Assembly (NCBI GenBank): GCA_009859145.1 | Contig: VRVR01000025.1 | Span: 264,131-328,130, forward strand | Direction: 5' to 3' | Length of the DNA: 64,000 bases | DNA from: Andalucia godoyi And28 | Taxonomy: Eukaryota > Protista > Jakobida | Shown here: positions 11,201 through 20,000 of the stretch, one piece after another | How the letters are laid out: each line of letters begins with the position of its first letter | How positions within the stretch are numbered: the stretch's first letter is position 1 | The notes under the pieces: generated by a model | Databases searched by the model: none | What the model was told of the DNA's origin: nothing | The model's input: the letters and a program-made list of their open reading frames with translations, nothing else | Program-made: the position numbers and the translations under genes

Positions 11201-13115
11201 ACAACGCGCGGAACGTCTCCAGGGGCGAGTACCGGACGTCATCCTCGTTGGAGACATCGCAAACGACATCTCGATATCCGAAAGATATGCACAACGAACG
11301 AATATAAGCAATCAAAAACGACTGACCAACGCCATGGGAATCATCAACTAGCACAACATGACCGTCGCAGCCAATGTGACGATCGCCAGGTCGCAGAGGA
11401 GAAGACTTGCTAGTTAGCATGGATGATGAGAAGCGCTGAATCAAAAAGGATATGATGCGCAATGGAAACGCAATTGGAATAATGATAGTATCAAAAATGG
11501 GATCAACTTGCAGGCGGTCTGTTCGAAGAACCCATGTTTCGCCATGTAAGAACGAGGATCCGTTGGCACTCCACGAGTTGCTTCGATTGTCTTCCTCGTC
11601 ATCGTCATCGAAGCGTGCGTGTTCACCGCTCCCTACTGCACTGTCGTCGCCGAACAACTCAAACTCGAAAAGATGGCGGACAACATGAAAGCAAACATTG
11701 TTGATCACACAGCCTTCCTCAATGGAATTGCTGAGCAATCTCGATTCGTCCACAAGACTGTCAAAAACAGACAGGCGTCTTGCATCCATCCCGGACCCAA
11801 AGCCCAGCACACTCAACGAGCAGCTTTCCGAGCTTGACACGCCGATGGAGCACTGCTTGAAGTGTTGCAGCAGATACGTGGCAAATGTCATGGCAGAGAA
11901 TGCATGCAAATCCGTGAAAACAGGAAGACCGAATGCAACAACCAAAAAAAGGAAATCACCGCTGACGTAGCACTCCACAATCAGGGACTGGCCTGCTAAG
12001 GGGATCGATTTTGAAATGAAAGACATGCATTCCGAGAGTTCACGATCCGAAACGTCGATCTGCGCAGTCAATACGGTAGCTGCGGTGGGCAGCAGCATAC
12101 GAGGAAACGTTGCATCGGCAACAATGAACTTCAGGGAGATGGGCAACGCAAAGAGCTTCAAAAAATCCAATTTCCGCGCATTGCCATGCAGCAACGGCAA
12201 CACCTGCTCCATGCTGAACGGCAGCATACGTGGACGCATTCCGATCACGTCGTTCAAGGAGAGCACAAAGTCATCACCGCAATCTTCTTCCAGAACGTGA
12301 ACTCCCTGCGCTACTAGCAAATCACGAGCTTCCTTGTTGAGAACCACGTGCCCCTTCAAGCAAGAGTACGCAGTTCGAATCGCACTCGCAAACCCATCGC
12401 CTCCGAGTATGCGTGAAGCAAACGCACAGCCCCGGACAAAATGCATGGTTTTCACGGTGCCCACAGCAACGCAAGACGACTGCTCAAAGCCTTCATCAAA
12501 CACTCCCGACGAGACGCACTCAGCAATCGAATGTGCCGCAGACAACACCCGATCATGCACAGTACCATCGCGAAACAAGAAAAGCAGGTGTTTCATGTTG
12601 ATAGATTCTACCAGACCCCCAAATTTATGAACCGTCCGGATGATTGCCTGAATCCGCACACTGAACGAAACACTGTCAAACGCGGACATTCCAGGGCTCG
12701 TCGATTCCGTCTCCACAAGCACTGAATCCGAATTGAGTACGCAGTAATGAAGTCGAACACACAGAACTGCACAGTCTCGAAGTTTTCGAGTTTCCAGCGT
12801 TTGAAACGATGCCCAGTACGGGTCCTCCGCAAGAAACCGCAGCAAGTCCTCGGACACGAAAGGGGCGATTTTGAGCACATCGTTCGTTGACAGTCCCGCA
12901 TACAACCCATGGGTCGCAGCCAAGAAATCACTAGGAAACGACGAACTTATAGAATCTTCAGTCAGATTGTTGTTTTGCATATCCGGACTCCGAGTGTCGC
13001 CGCGATCTGTTTTGAGCGACGGTTTGATCGGAGTGCTAACCGGTACAGGATCGGATGCAGCACCGTCCAGAGATCCCCCCTTCTTAACGTCGTTCTTGGA
13101 GGATCCACAGCCCAT
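8202..13115 (-). CDS. N-acylated soluble-adenylyl-cyclase (ADCY10)-like protein: two degenerate class III cyclase domains + degenerate STAND NTPase + helical C-terminus
   Basis: 1637-aa ORF starting MGCGSSK. Cyclase-like segments AVLCVRL, KFGGLVESINMKHLLFLF, LVVAFGLP, CSIGVSS and FDSLVDESRLL. P-loop-like DSHGVGQS and Walker-B-like LTVTNVHKMD occur in the sAC/STAND order. Confidence 0.7.
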   Translation of the reverse strand: MGCGSSKNDVKKGGSLDGAASDPVPVSTPIKPSLKTDRGDTRSPDMQNNNLTEDSISSSFPSDFLAATHGLYAGLSTNDVLKIAPFVSEDLLRFLAEDPYWASFQTLETRKLRDCAVLCVRLHYCVLNSDSVLVETESTSPGMSAFDSVSFSVRIQAIIRTVHKFGGLVESINMKHLLFLFRDGTVHDRVLSAAHSIAECVSSGVFDEGFEQSSCVAVGTVKTMHFVRGCAFASRILGGDGFASAIRTAYSCLKGHVVLNKEARDLLVAQGVHVLEEDCGDDFVLSLNDVIGMRPRMLPFSMEQVLPLLHGNARKLDFLKLFALPISLKFIVADATFPRMLLPTAATVLTAQIDVSDRELSECMSFISKSIPLAGQSLIVECYVSGDFLFLVVAFGLPVFTDLHAFSAMTFATYLLQHFKQCSIGVSSSESCSLSVLGFGSGMDARRLSVFDSLVDESRLLSNSIEEGCVINNVCFHVVRHLFEFELFGDDSAVGSGEHARFDDDDEEDNRSNSWSANGSSFLHGETWVLRTDRLQVDPIFDTIIIPIAFPLRIISFLIQRFSSSMLTSKSSPLRPGDRHIGCDGHVVLVDDSHGVGQSFLIAYIRSLCISFGYRDVVCDVSNEDDVRYSPLETFRALFRLFIPNDTLGDAASLVQYLWDVFDAEDRELLEFLNPIIHSFFMFKTTPSSRRFDDVSKMRRCGNMLLKLIRAFALSSPYSPILLTVTNVHKMDHLTREILIPLLQFPPERFLIVMSYQDPEDLQSLQKEIRVCVDGCGSSSSPKSEKLFASDIAPHISAIPADCVSAEEVRAVFASYFPLAVSVAERVIHLLSSKISTNANLSYVIHHLVKNRIVGCTGVREVDFSSTEPVADIEALLDRFSAKSDQLQLFVMVLLPTLVDVQGMDLLKILAAFNQFARECPQSFLRRLFIAQQNTEAHFDRVLDSLCVLRVVRSMSSDEFSSAEPQQVPEEVYTIASRRIANAIYEITPASEKAEIHGRIANLAQKALLHLSTRRLPSFSIPLELAEFAIHDVEAPVKSSTQSRGRNRRMSTNHPGVRKRSSTGDDGEDSEDGEDDFQFSPLLPTTPIRRFQGFAKRLPYPFSRMQIYELHAIHLYSQLKVNVESNLVSAERVAVMATNAMKQEFMLLDELPLYRTAKRTATCRRIFWYINLMRTRAEAPLVNDEFRALAEMIFLSAKKSSFTAAEQERLLDMCDRALRIKPDAYDDLLFYRIASVKFFILTDRHQSDNLAALLSTLQTSCMQFSTNVVVNAQLCHMMVHGALETVDLRRISGYVDSVLYLYTHDQMHLLRSGGHYGCHNPVVCTASIGALTSWLTGDITHSRNLLGSCENVPVLEHGPVHLLQRVLMILSTIVLEQNVPLVLEYVAEVELIRPFVDFATAKWAGLILSEIDLIFSYARLVSVSSGSGFDAEDFKRASSECFSEMLLHIDVLAENDRVSAMLRLLQIDAFIRCRNLKKLQKAGSLCSALLSQFQSRPSIWEPWLWLTCYRVVVHSGAPLVRGEVSYSAEACINHALDCAKKHDLRLVSLLARSQSFLCGWSQSQSATSNVDLIKDLVHELREKNDSADLAECTILRVPLAIADGACLDDIACDCFGLPLHCLSPRGFPVHMGTATSP

Positions 13116-14827
13116 CGCTCGACGACTACAAACTCACCTTCGAGGTTCACAGAAGAAGAAAGAAAAAAAGGCCAGAGGAGCTGCGTGGAACCAAAAGCAG
13201 ATCCCAAAAACAAAACCAAAACCAAAACCAAAACAAACCAATATGAACTAGCAATACCCAACAACACAAGTCAAAAAATTGATGATAAGTGAATATCAGA
13301 AAAAAACAAGAGGGAAAACTACACGATTAATAAGAGATGTCTGATTGGTATCACGACATCCGAAAAACGGTTCAAAAACGACGCCCCAGCAAGACAGAAG
13401 AAGAATGGCGAGAATTTAAAATAAAAAGTAATAGTGATGATGATGTTTGAACTAACAGGGCGAAAGTATCTAGCAATGCGCAAGTCCCTTTTCGCACACT
13501 CCAGCCTGTGAACGTTTGCAGAGGAAAACAAATGTAAAAGAAGCGAACGATGGTTTCTTTTATTGAAACGAGGACAGCGACATCTTGTTTCTTCTTACAC
13601 AGTCGGACTTCTTTTGGCTTGCGTTTTGTCTGTTTCCTGTTCTGTTTCAAACTATCGCATACGTGAGGACGTTTGACGTTCGCCGATGGATGGCTGCTAG
13701 AAGCTGCTACGACAAACTCCGCATCTGATCATGCCATCTGATCCCCGGCGCGTTCGCCATGCGGGCAGGCTGCGCGGGTTGTTACAACATAAAAGTTACT
13801 GTCATTTGTGTTGTCCCCTGTGACCCGTCGTATTTTCTGCCTGTCACTGCGATTCATGCCGCGGTTTGCGTGGAAATGTTTGGGGAAGCCTTTTTGGCAT
13901 GCCGCATGAATGACGGTGAATCAGGAGACCGGCAACTTCGGCGCCTAAACGAAGGGAGGGTGTGTGTGCTGCTGCTGTCCAGCGTAGCGCACACGGCGGA
14001 CTCCACACGCGACAGGGGACGTGTTTTTATTATTTTATATATATATATATATTTGACCGTCTTTTGCCTTGTCTGCTCATACACGAGGGACATCGTCCGA
14101 AGAGTGGCCGACGTAGAGGGGCTCCATTATTCACAACTGATCTTGGGCAACACAACAAACACACAAAAGCAGCGAGTGCAATGGATAGGGCTCGCAACAG
14201 ATTTTCTCTTCTTACAAACACCCCCGGCCCGCCTTCCCTCCAAAGGGTATAAACAGAAAGGGGGGCCGAGTCGGATGAGGTGGGTTGCGGAACGTTCGAG
14301 AGGAGTGCTTTGTGGACTAAAGATGGCACAAGAGAAGCGGGGGACCTGCAGACCACGGTATATGCCGTGTCGACGTCCTTGCAGGTGCCCCGCAGCGTTG
14401 CTTTTCTTGCATGGGGGTTTTTGGCAGTTGGGTGGAGAGAAAGATTCGTGCCAGGTGCAGTTTCATTCTGCTCACACAGGGCTTCGAGACTGGGAATTCT
14501 CGAAATGCGTACGGAAGCTTCCTCCTCACTTCCATATCGCTGCCGAGTATTCGAAGTGGTGTTTCTTCGGGTTTGGAAGTATGGAACTAGATGTGGTGTT
14601 GAGGTCCAGGCGAATGGCAGTCCGTATCCTATTGTCGTTGCTGTTTTAATGCTTCTTGTTTTTTTCAGAAATTCAAAAAACAACATTATCGAGGTGTTTC
14701 TGCCTTCTGATTCTTTTGATTTTTGATTTTGTTTTTGTTTTTGTCTCTGTCTTTCATGTCTGTTGTCTGATCATTGTTATTACTGTTTTTAATTATTATT
14801 ATCATTATTATTATTATTTAATATAAC

Positions 14828-16849
14828 ATGGATAGTCAGGATAACCACGATAGCCTGGTTACGCCTCTTGTTGGAGGGATTGTTCCGCTGTCCGCTTTCT
14901 GCCAGCCCTCGCTGTACAGCACCTTCATGCACCACGCTTCCATGCCGAGTAGCAACAGCGAGCAGATGGATCACCACATGGCGTTCCAGCTCCATAATCA
15001 AGCCCCCGTGCCCCAGTATCCGCAGCAGCAGCAGCAGCAGACCAAGGCCGTGCTTTCGAACGATTGCCTAGTCAGTGCTCTACCAGCTTCCGTACTTCCT
15101 CTTCCAACCACCGACAATGGACATGCGCACGGCATGAGCACCACGGAGTCTTCGCCCGAAAACGACGCCCACCATTCTGACGACGGACAGTCATGCGATC
15201 GCGCTGACAATGCTCCTCTTGACGAATCTGCTCCCTCCAATTCTGTGTTCTCTTCCAGCAACTGCATGCGCACGGTTACGATTTCTGTCCCTCCTCCCGA
15301 AGCTGCATCTCGCCCTCCTCACTCGCAGAGAGGCAACAATCCGCCACCACCAATGGGACCCATTCACACTGCTCAAATCCCGCTTCCTCTAGGGTCGCTT
15401 ATGGATTGTCCATCCTCGTCTTCGTCCTCTTCTCCGGGAATCCACGAACACGAATGGTCCGATCCGTGCATTCCTGGAGTGTCGCGATTTGTGGTGTACT
15501 CCAAGACCGGGAGAACCGCGTTTCACACCTGGAAGCCTTCATACGATGAAATGAATCTCGAAGATGCAGAGTGGTACAAGACATCTGTCTACACGCTGTG
15601 CATCCGCATTGAGCTTGCCGGCCATGAGCGAAGTTCGCTTTCGTCTAAAAATTCGCGATCTTCCGGCCACCGATCCAGCATTGCGGACCGCAGTGTGGAT
15701 TCCTGCGGATTGGTGGTTCCGCCATTTGGCCACTTTGATAACAGTCTGTCGAACGGTTTTGGCCCGAACCATGTGGCATCCAACGGATCCCGGAAGAGCC
15801 CGTATGACAGTGGGTCGCAACAGTCGTCCAGCCACCAGTCTGTGCCTTCTCCTGAAAATGATTATGATTTGCGTTTCGACGACGAAACCAATGTATTACC
15901 AAAGAGTTCTTCGCGCTCGTCTTCCAGTTCGTCCTCCTACATATCTTTAGGATCGAACGGCCAGCCGAGAGTTGGCGTGCCTCTCGGAGATACTGCGAAG
16001 CTGCCATTCAACCCGCAGACGTCCGAGTTCGAGGCACACTTGTACCTCGTCAGCGACGGAGATTTCGTTGTCGTGGAGGGAGGTCTGAAGTTTCACAAAT
16101 CCGGCCCGTATCGCATTTCTCGCAGATCGGCGGGTATCTTCCAGGGAGAGCTTGGTTCTTTTTCGCCGACCCGATTCTCCTTTGTGCACAACGGTGAGCA
16201 CAACCGATTCAGAGTGCTAGTTGCCATTCACGCGGTGCCCGTGTCGTCGAATTCGTCCGACGCACCGGCGGCAAAGCGAAAGCCTGCATCTGCGTCTTCT
16301 GGTCAGTGGTACTACACGCTTTCGCCTCCGTTCCTCATCAAGTCAAAGAAACCGAAGAGGGCAATTTTATCGCAGAGAACAGGACGAAAACAAAAGCACA
16401 CTGACGACTCACAAGCCACTGGTCGCTCGATGTACAATATGGAAGAGTTCGAGAGAGATCCTCTGGCGTCTGCATTGTTAGCCGGGGCTGCTGCTGCACC
16501 GGGGTTCCTTCCTCCTCCTCCTCCCGGCTTGATGCAATCTATATTACGAAGCATGAACATCAACCAGGCCATGTTGCACCCGTCGAACATGACAAATTCT
16601 TCTGCGTTCGCGATCATGCAGCAGCTCTTAGCCCAGAACTCCAGTACACAGGGAGCGCAACAAAACGCTCTGCACAACAGCTTTCTGCAGATGGGTTCCC
16701 AGCAAGGAGTCTCTGGCCCTCCAGCGTCGGTTCCTCAGCTGTTGAGCATTCCGTCTGTTCAAGGGCAGCAAACCCACAACTTTGCTCCCGATCCACCTTC
16801 CGCCTCTTCCATCGATCAAATGTACACCATTCCAGCTTCTTTTTCGTGA
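14828..16849 (+). CDS. Putative transcription factor with a CudA-like/Ig-fold domain split by a low-complexity insertion (paralog of 6311-7969)
   Basis: Same domain motifs as 6311-7969 (SKTGRT, WYKTSVYTLCIRIEL, GLKFHKSGPYRISRRS, FSFVHNGEHNRFR, SPPFLIKSKKPK), with Q/P/S-rich flanks. Confidence 0.6.
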   Translation: MDSQDNHDSLVTPLVGGIVPLSAFCQPSLYSTFMHHASMPSSNSEQMDHHMAFQLHNQAPVPQYPQQQQQQTKAVLSNDCLVSALPASVLPLPTTDNGHAHGMSTTESSPENDAHHSDDGQSCDRADNAPLDESAPSNSVFSSSNCMRTVTISVPPPEAASRPPHSQRGNNPPPPMGPIHTAQIPLPLGSLMDCPSSSSSSSPGIHEHEWSDPCIPGVSRFVVYSKTGRTAFHTWKPSYDEMNLEDAEWYKTSVYTLCIRIELAGHERSSLSSKNSRSSGHRSSIADRSVDSCGLVVPPFGHFDNSLSNGFGPNHVASNGSRKSPYDSGSQQSSSHQSVPSPENDYDLRFDDETNVLPKSSSRSSSSSSSYISLGSNGQPRVGVPLGDTAKLPFNPQTSEFEAHLYLVSDGDFVVVEGGLKFHKSGPYRISRRSAGIFQGELGSFSPTRFSFVHNGEHNRFRVLVAIHAVPVSSNSSDAPAAKRKPASASSGQWYYTLSPPFLIKSKKPKRAILSQRTGRKQKHTDDSQATGRSMYNMEEFERDPLASALLAGAAAAPGFLPPPPPGLMQSILRSMNINQAMLHPSNMTNSSAFAIMQQLLAQNSSTQGAQQNALHNSFLQMGSQQGVSGPPASVPQLLSIPSVQGQQTHNFAPDPPSASSIDQMYTIPASFS

Positions 16850-17012
16850 TCACAGGAGACGACACCACAGTTGCTCATGACAACAACAGCCCACACAACT
16901 AATAAAGAAATGTAAGATACACGTCGTTTTTTAAAAAAAGTATTCAACTCAAGAAGACAAACAAGAGAGACGAGGCAGCGGCAGAGACAGAGCCAGAAAG
17001 AACCAGATTTTC

Positions 17013-20000
17013 CTAGACGGTCGTGGACTCGGAATCAAACTTTGGCAGTCTCGCGCACCAAGCATCCTTATCCTCCTGCGGACACACTTGCAGACCGGAA
17101 GAAAGGGCAGCATTTGCCTCATCTGCCTTTCGAAGTTTTTCCTCTCGTTGCTCCCGATCAATGCGCGCCTTGGCCAATTTTGACTGAAGTGCTTTCGAGT
17201 TGGATCGAAGAGCTTCAAGCACCACTGCTGCTCGTCTCGAATGCACATTCTCGATGGAGCTCAACTGGAGGGACGACGACGTCTGCGACAGCGTTTCCAC
17301 AACGGTGGAGCGTCTCTTCGAGTCTTTCGACTGAAAGTCCTTCACCATAGCCTTGTCAATTTCCAGTTCTTTGGCCATTTTCTTTTCGAGGCCGAGGAAC
17401 GCACGAAACACAACAGCGACATAGTCACGATCCTTCTGCGTTGGAAACTGGAAAGTGAATTCCTTCTTCTTGAAAGAGAAGAAGGCTTGGTTCTCCCCCC
17501 GACACTCGACAAAGAACGTCTGAGCCCACTCTTCCTTGAACACGGCCTTCTTTTCATTCCCAATCAACACCTTCTTTGAGGTCAAAGTAATCAACTGGTC
17601 CTCGTTGGCTTCGGTGTTTTTGCCTTGCAAAGTCGCCTCGCCGTTTTCAAAGTGCTTCTGCAGAGACATTGCAAAGTCTGCATCAAGATAGACCTCCAGT
17701 CCGTCTGCAGAGCTCTCAACAGGAGTACCTTTCACGCCATCCGAACGAACGGGGGTGTATCGAACTCGGAAAGACGCGTGCAAATCATCCGCATTTGGCT
17801 TGTACTGGCGTTGTCGCCCGACATCTCCCTCAATTGGAGTGTACAACGGCTCGCCAGCGCTCTTCCGCAACCACTGAAACTCGGAGCGTCCTTCGAGACC
17901 GCCAACATAGTTTCCGAGCACAGTGAGAGGGTATGTGAAGAAGGGTCCGCCTTCCACACGCACGTCGGAGACGGCCGGAGGAAGCGCAGCAACCGGAGTG
18001 GCAGTCTGGACGGATACTGCAGGGCCCTGAGCACCATCGGAGCGCACTGGAGTGTATTCAAAAACGAGATGATGACCGGTATCTTGCGCGGAGACCGTGT
18101 AGGTTGGCGCAAAATCCTCGGAAACCTTGGTTCGCTTATCCGTCTTCGGATCCAGTCTGTACCAGGTCAAGAGCGACGATCCCTCATAGCCTCCATAGTA
18201 CTCGCCCTTTCCCACCAACTTGATCGGCGGGAGTGCTTCGGCAATCGCCGCTCCAGCAGGAAGAGTCTCAATACGGACGTTGGAAACGACAGGTGCAGCG
18301 GGAGCGACGGCTGAGTTGGATGAAACGGTCACAGTCTGACCACGAGTCCCGTCGCTTCGAACTGGAGTATACTCGACTCGAACGATACGATGGACGTGTT
18401 CCAGCCCGAGGAGTGGTTGCCTCTTGCCATTTTCCAGTTCAATGAATGATGACGGTTCCGGAAAGATGGAAAGAGTCGAGTCGCCTTCAGTTCCACCGAC
18501 ATAGTTTGGCTCAAACACAACGGGGCAACCTTGCTTCCAGTCAGAAGGCGATTCTCGCAAGAGCGGGCGTGAAAGATGCGGCGGCGCGGCGATCACTTGA
18601 GCTGACAACAGCAGCTGAACTGGTTCACCACGGACCCCGTCTACGCGCACAGGCGTAACCGAAACAGCCATAAACGCCCCGATATCCTCGCGTTGGAGAA
18701 CGTACGGATCTCGGGAGCGGGAGACAACGACCGGGTCTCCAGCAATGCGTGTCCATTCAAAGATTGAGTCACCTTCTGGACCTCCCATGTACGAATAGTC
18801 ATACGTGAGCGCAGTGCCCTCTTCGACAGTTTCCTGCCCATCCACAAGAGTCGCATTGATGGTAAATGCCAAAAGCGCAACTCGAGGAAGAGTCCATTTG
18901 ACCGGGGAGGACGAAATGACCACGGACGGCTCACCGCGAACATTGTCAAAACGGACCGGCGTCATTTCCAAAGCAATGTACGAGTTGCAGTGAGCATTCA
19001 ACGGTAAGAAATCCGACGCTTCGACGGGCACATCATTGATTGCAGTCCAATGCTCACGGGGGGCCTCCAGGGAAGGCACCAGAAAGTACTGGAACAAATG
19101 CTTTCCTGCGGGGCCTCCCCAATACACGTAATTCGGACGGAACGATTCCCCATCAAAGATTTCGTCTGGGAGAGACAATTCATGCACTATAGGATCCGCG
19201 TAGGAGACAACTGCTTCCGTCTGGGCAGACACAGGAGTGCCAAACGTGCCGTCCGAGCGTTGAGGCGTGACGGTCGCGCGGACAAAGTGATCCACGTCTC
19301 CCATGCCCAGTGTAATCGTGCGGTCTCCTGCGGAATCCTCAATCTCCTTCCACCCGCTAACCCCGTCCTTGGACCGCTCCCATGTAACACGCGTGCCCTT
19401 TCCTTCATCACCGCCGACATACCCGTACGAAGCGCCAATGTCAGACCCCTGCTTTCGCGCACCATTCAGCGAAACCGAAGTCACACGAGGAGCACAGGCA
19501 GCAATCGTGGCAGGGGTAGTCAGCTCTACAGGCGAAGCAGAGCGTGTGTAGTCTCGTCGAACTGCAAAAGCAACAACGCGCAGCGCATGGCCGAGGTCCT
19601 CACGAGTGGGGATGTACTCGAACGTGTTTTTTGCAATTTCCACAGGCGCAGTGGAGGCGTTGTTGTGCGGCAGACGGAACCATGCAACATCATGCTGTTC
19701 CGCTGGGAACCCGCCCTTGTAAGAATAATCCACACACAGCTTGGATGCTTCCTCAAACACACATGCAGGAGAAAACTTGAAATCGACAAATACAGGATTA
19801 CGAGGCGCAACGGCAGTGGGAAGCTGCAGCACAGACGCTTGACCCTTAACTTTCTGGGATGAAATCGGCGTGTAGACCAGCTTCAGATGGCAGCCAACGT
19901 CTGCGAGCGTGGGAGTGTAGGACAAGGAAACGACGCTGTTATTGTGCTTGGCAGAAGTCGGTTGACGCTCTACGGTTGTAATCAGAACCTCTTGCGCATT

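Noticed and set aside
13759-14686. Overlapping ORFs of 296 aa (+) and 218 aa (-) between the sAC-like and TF genes
   Set aside because: They run through (AT)n and T-rich tracts, have atypical composition and no motif. This is more likely a long divergent regulatory/UTR region.
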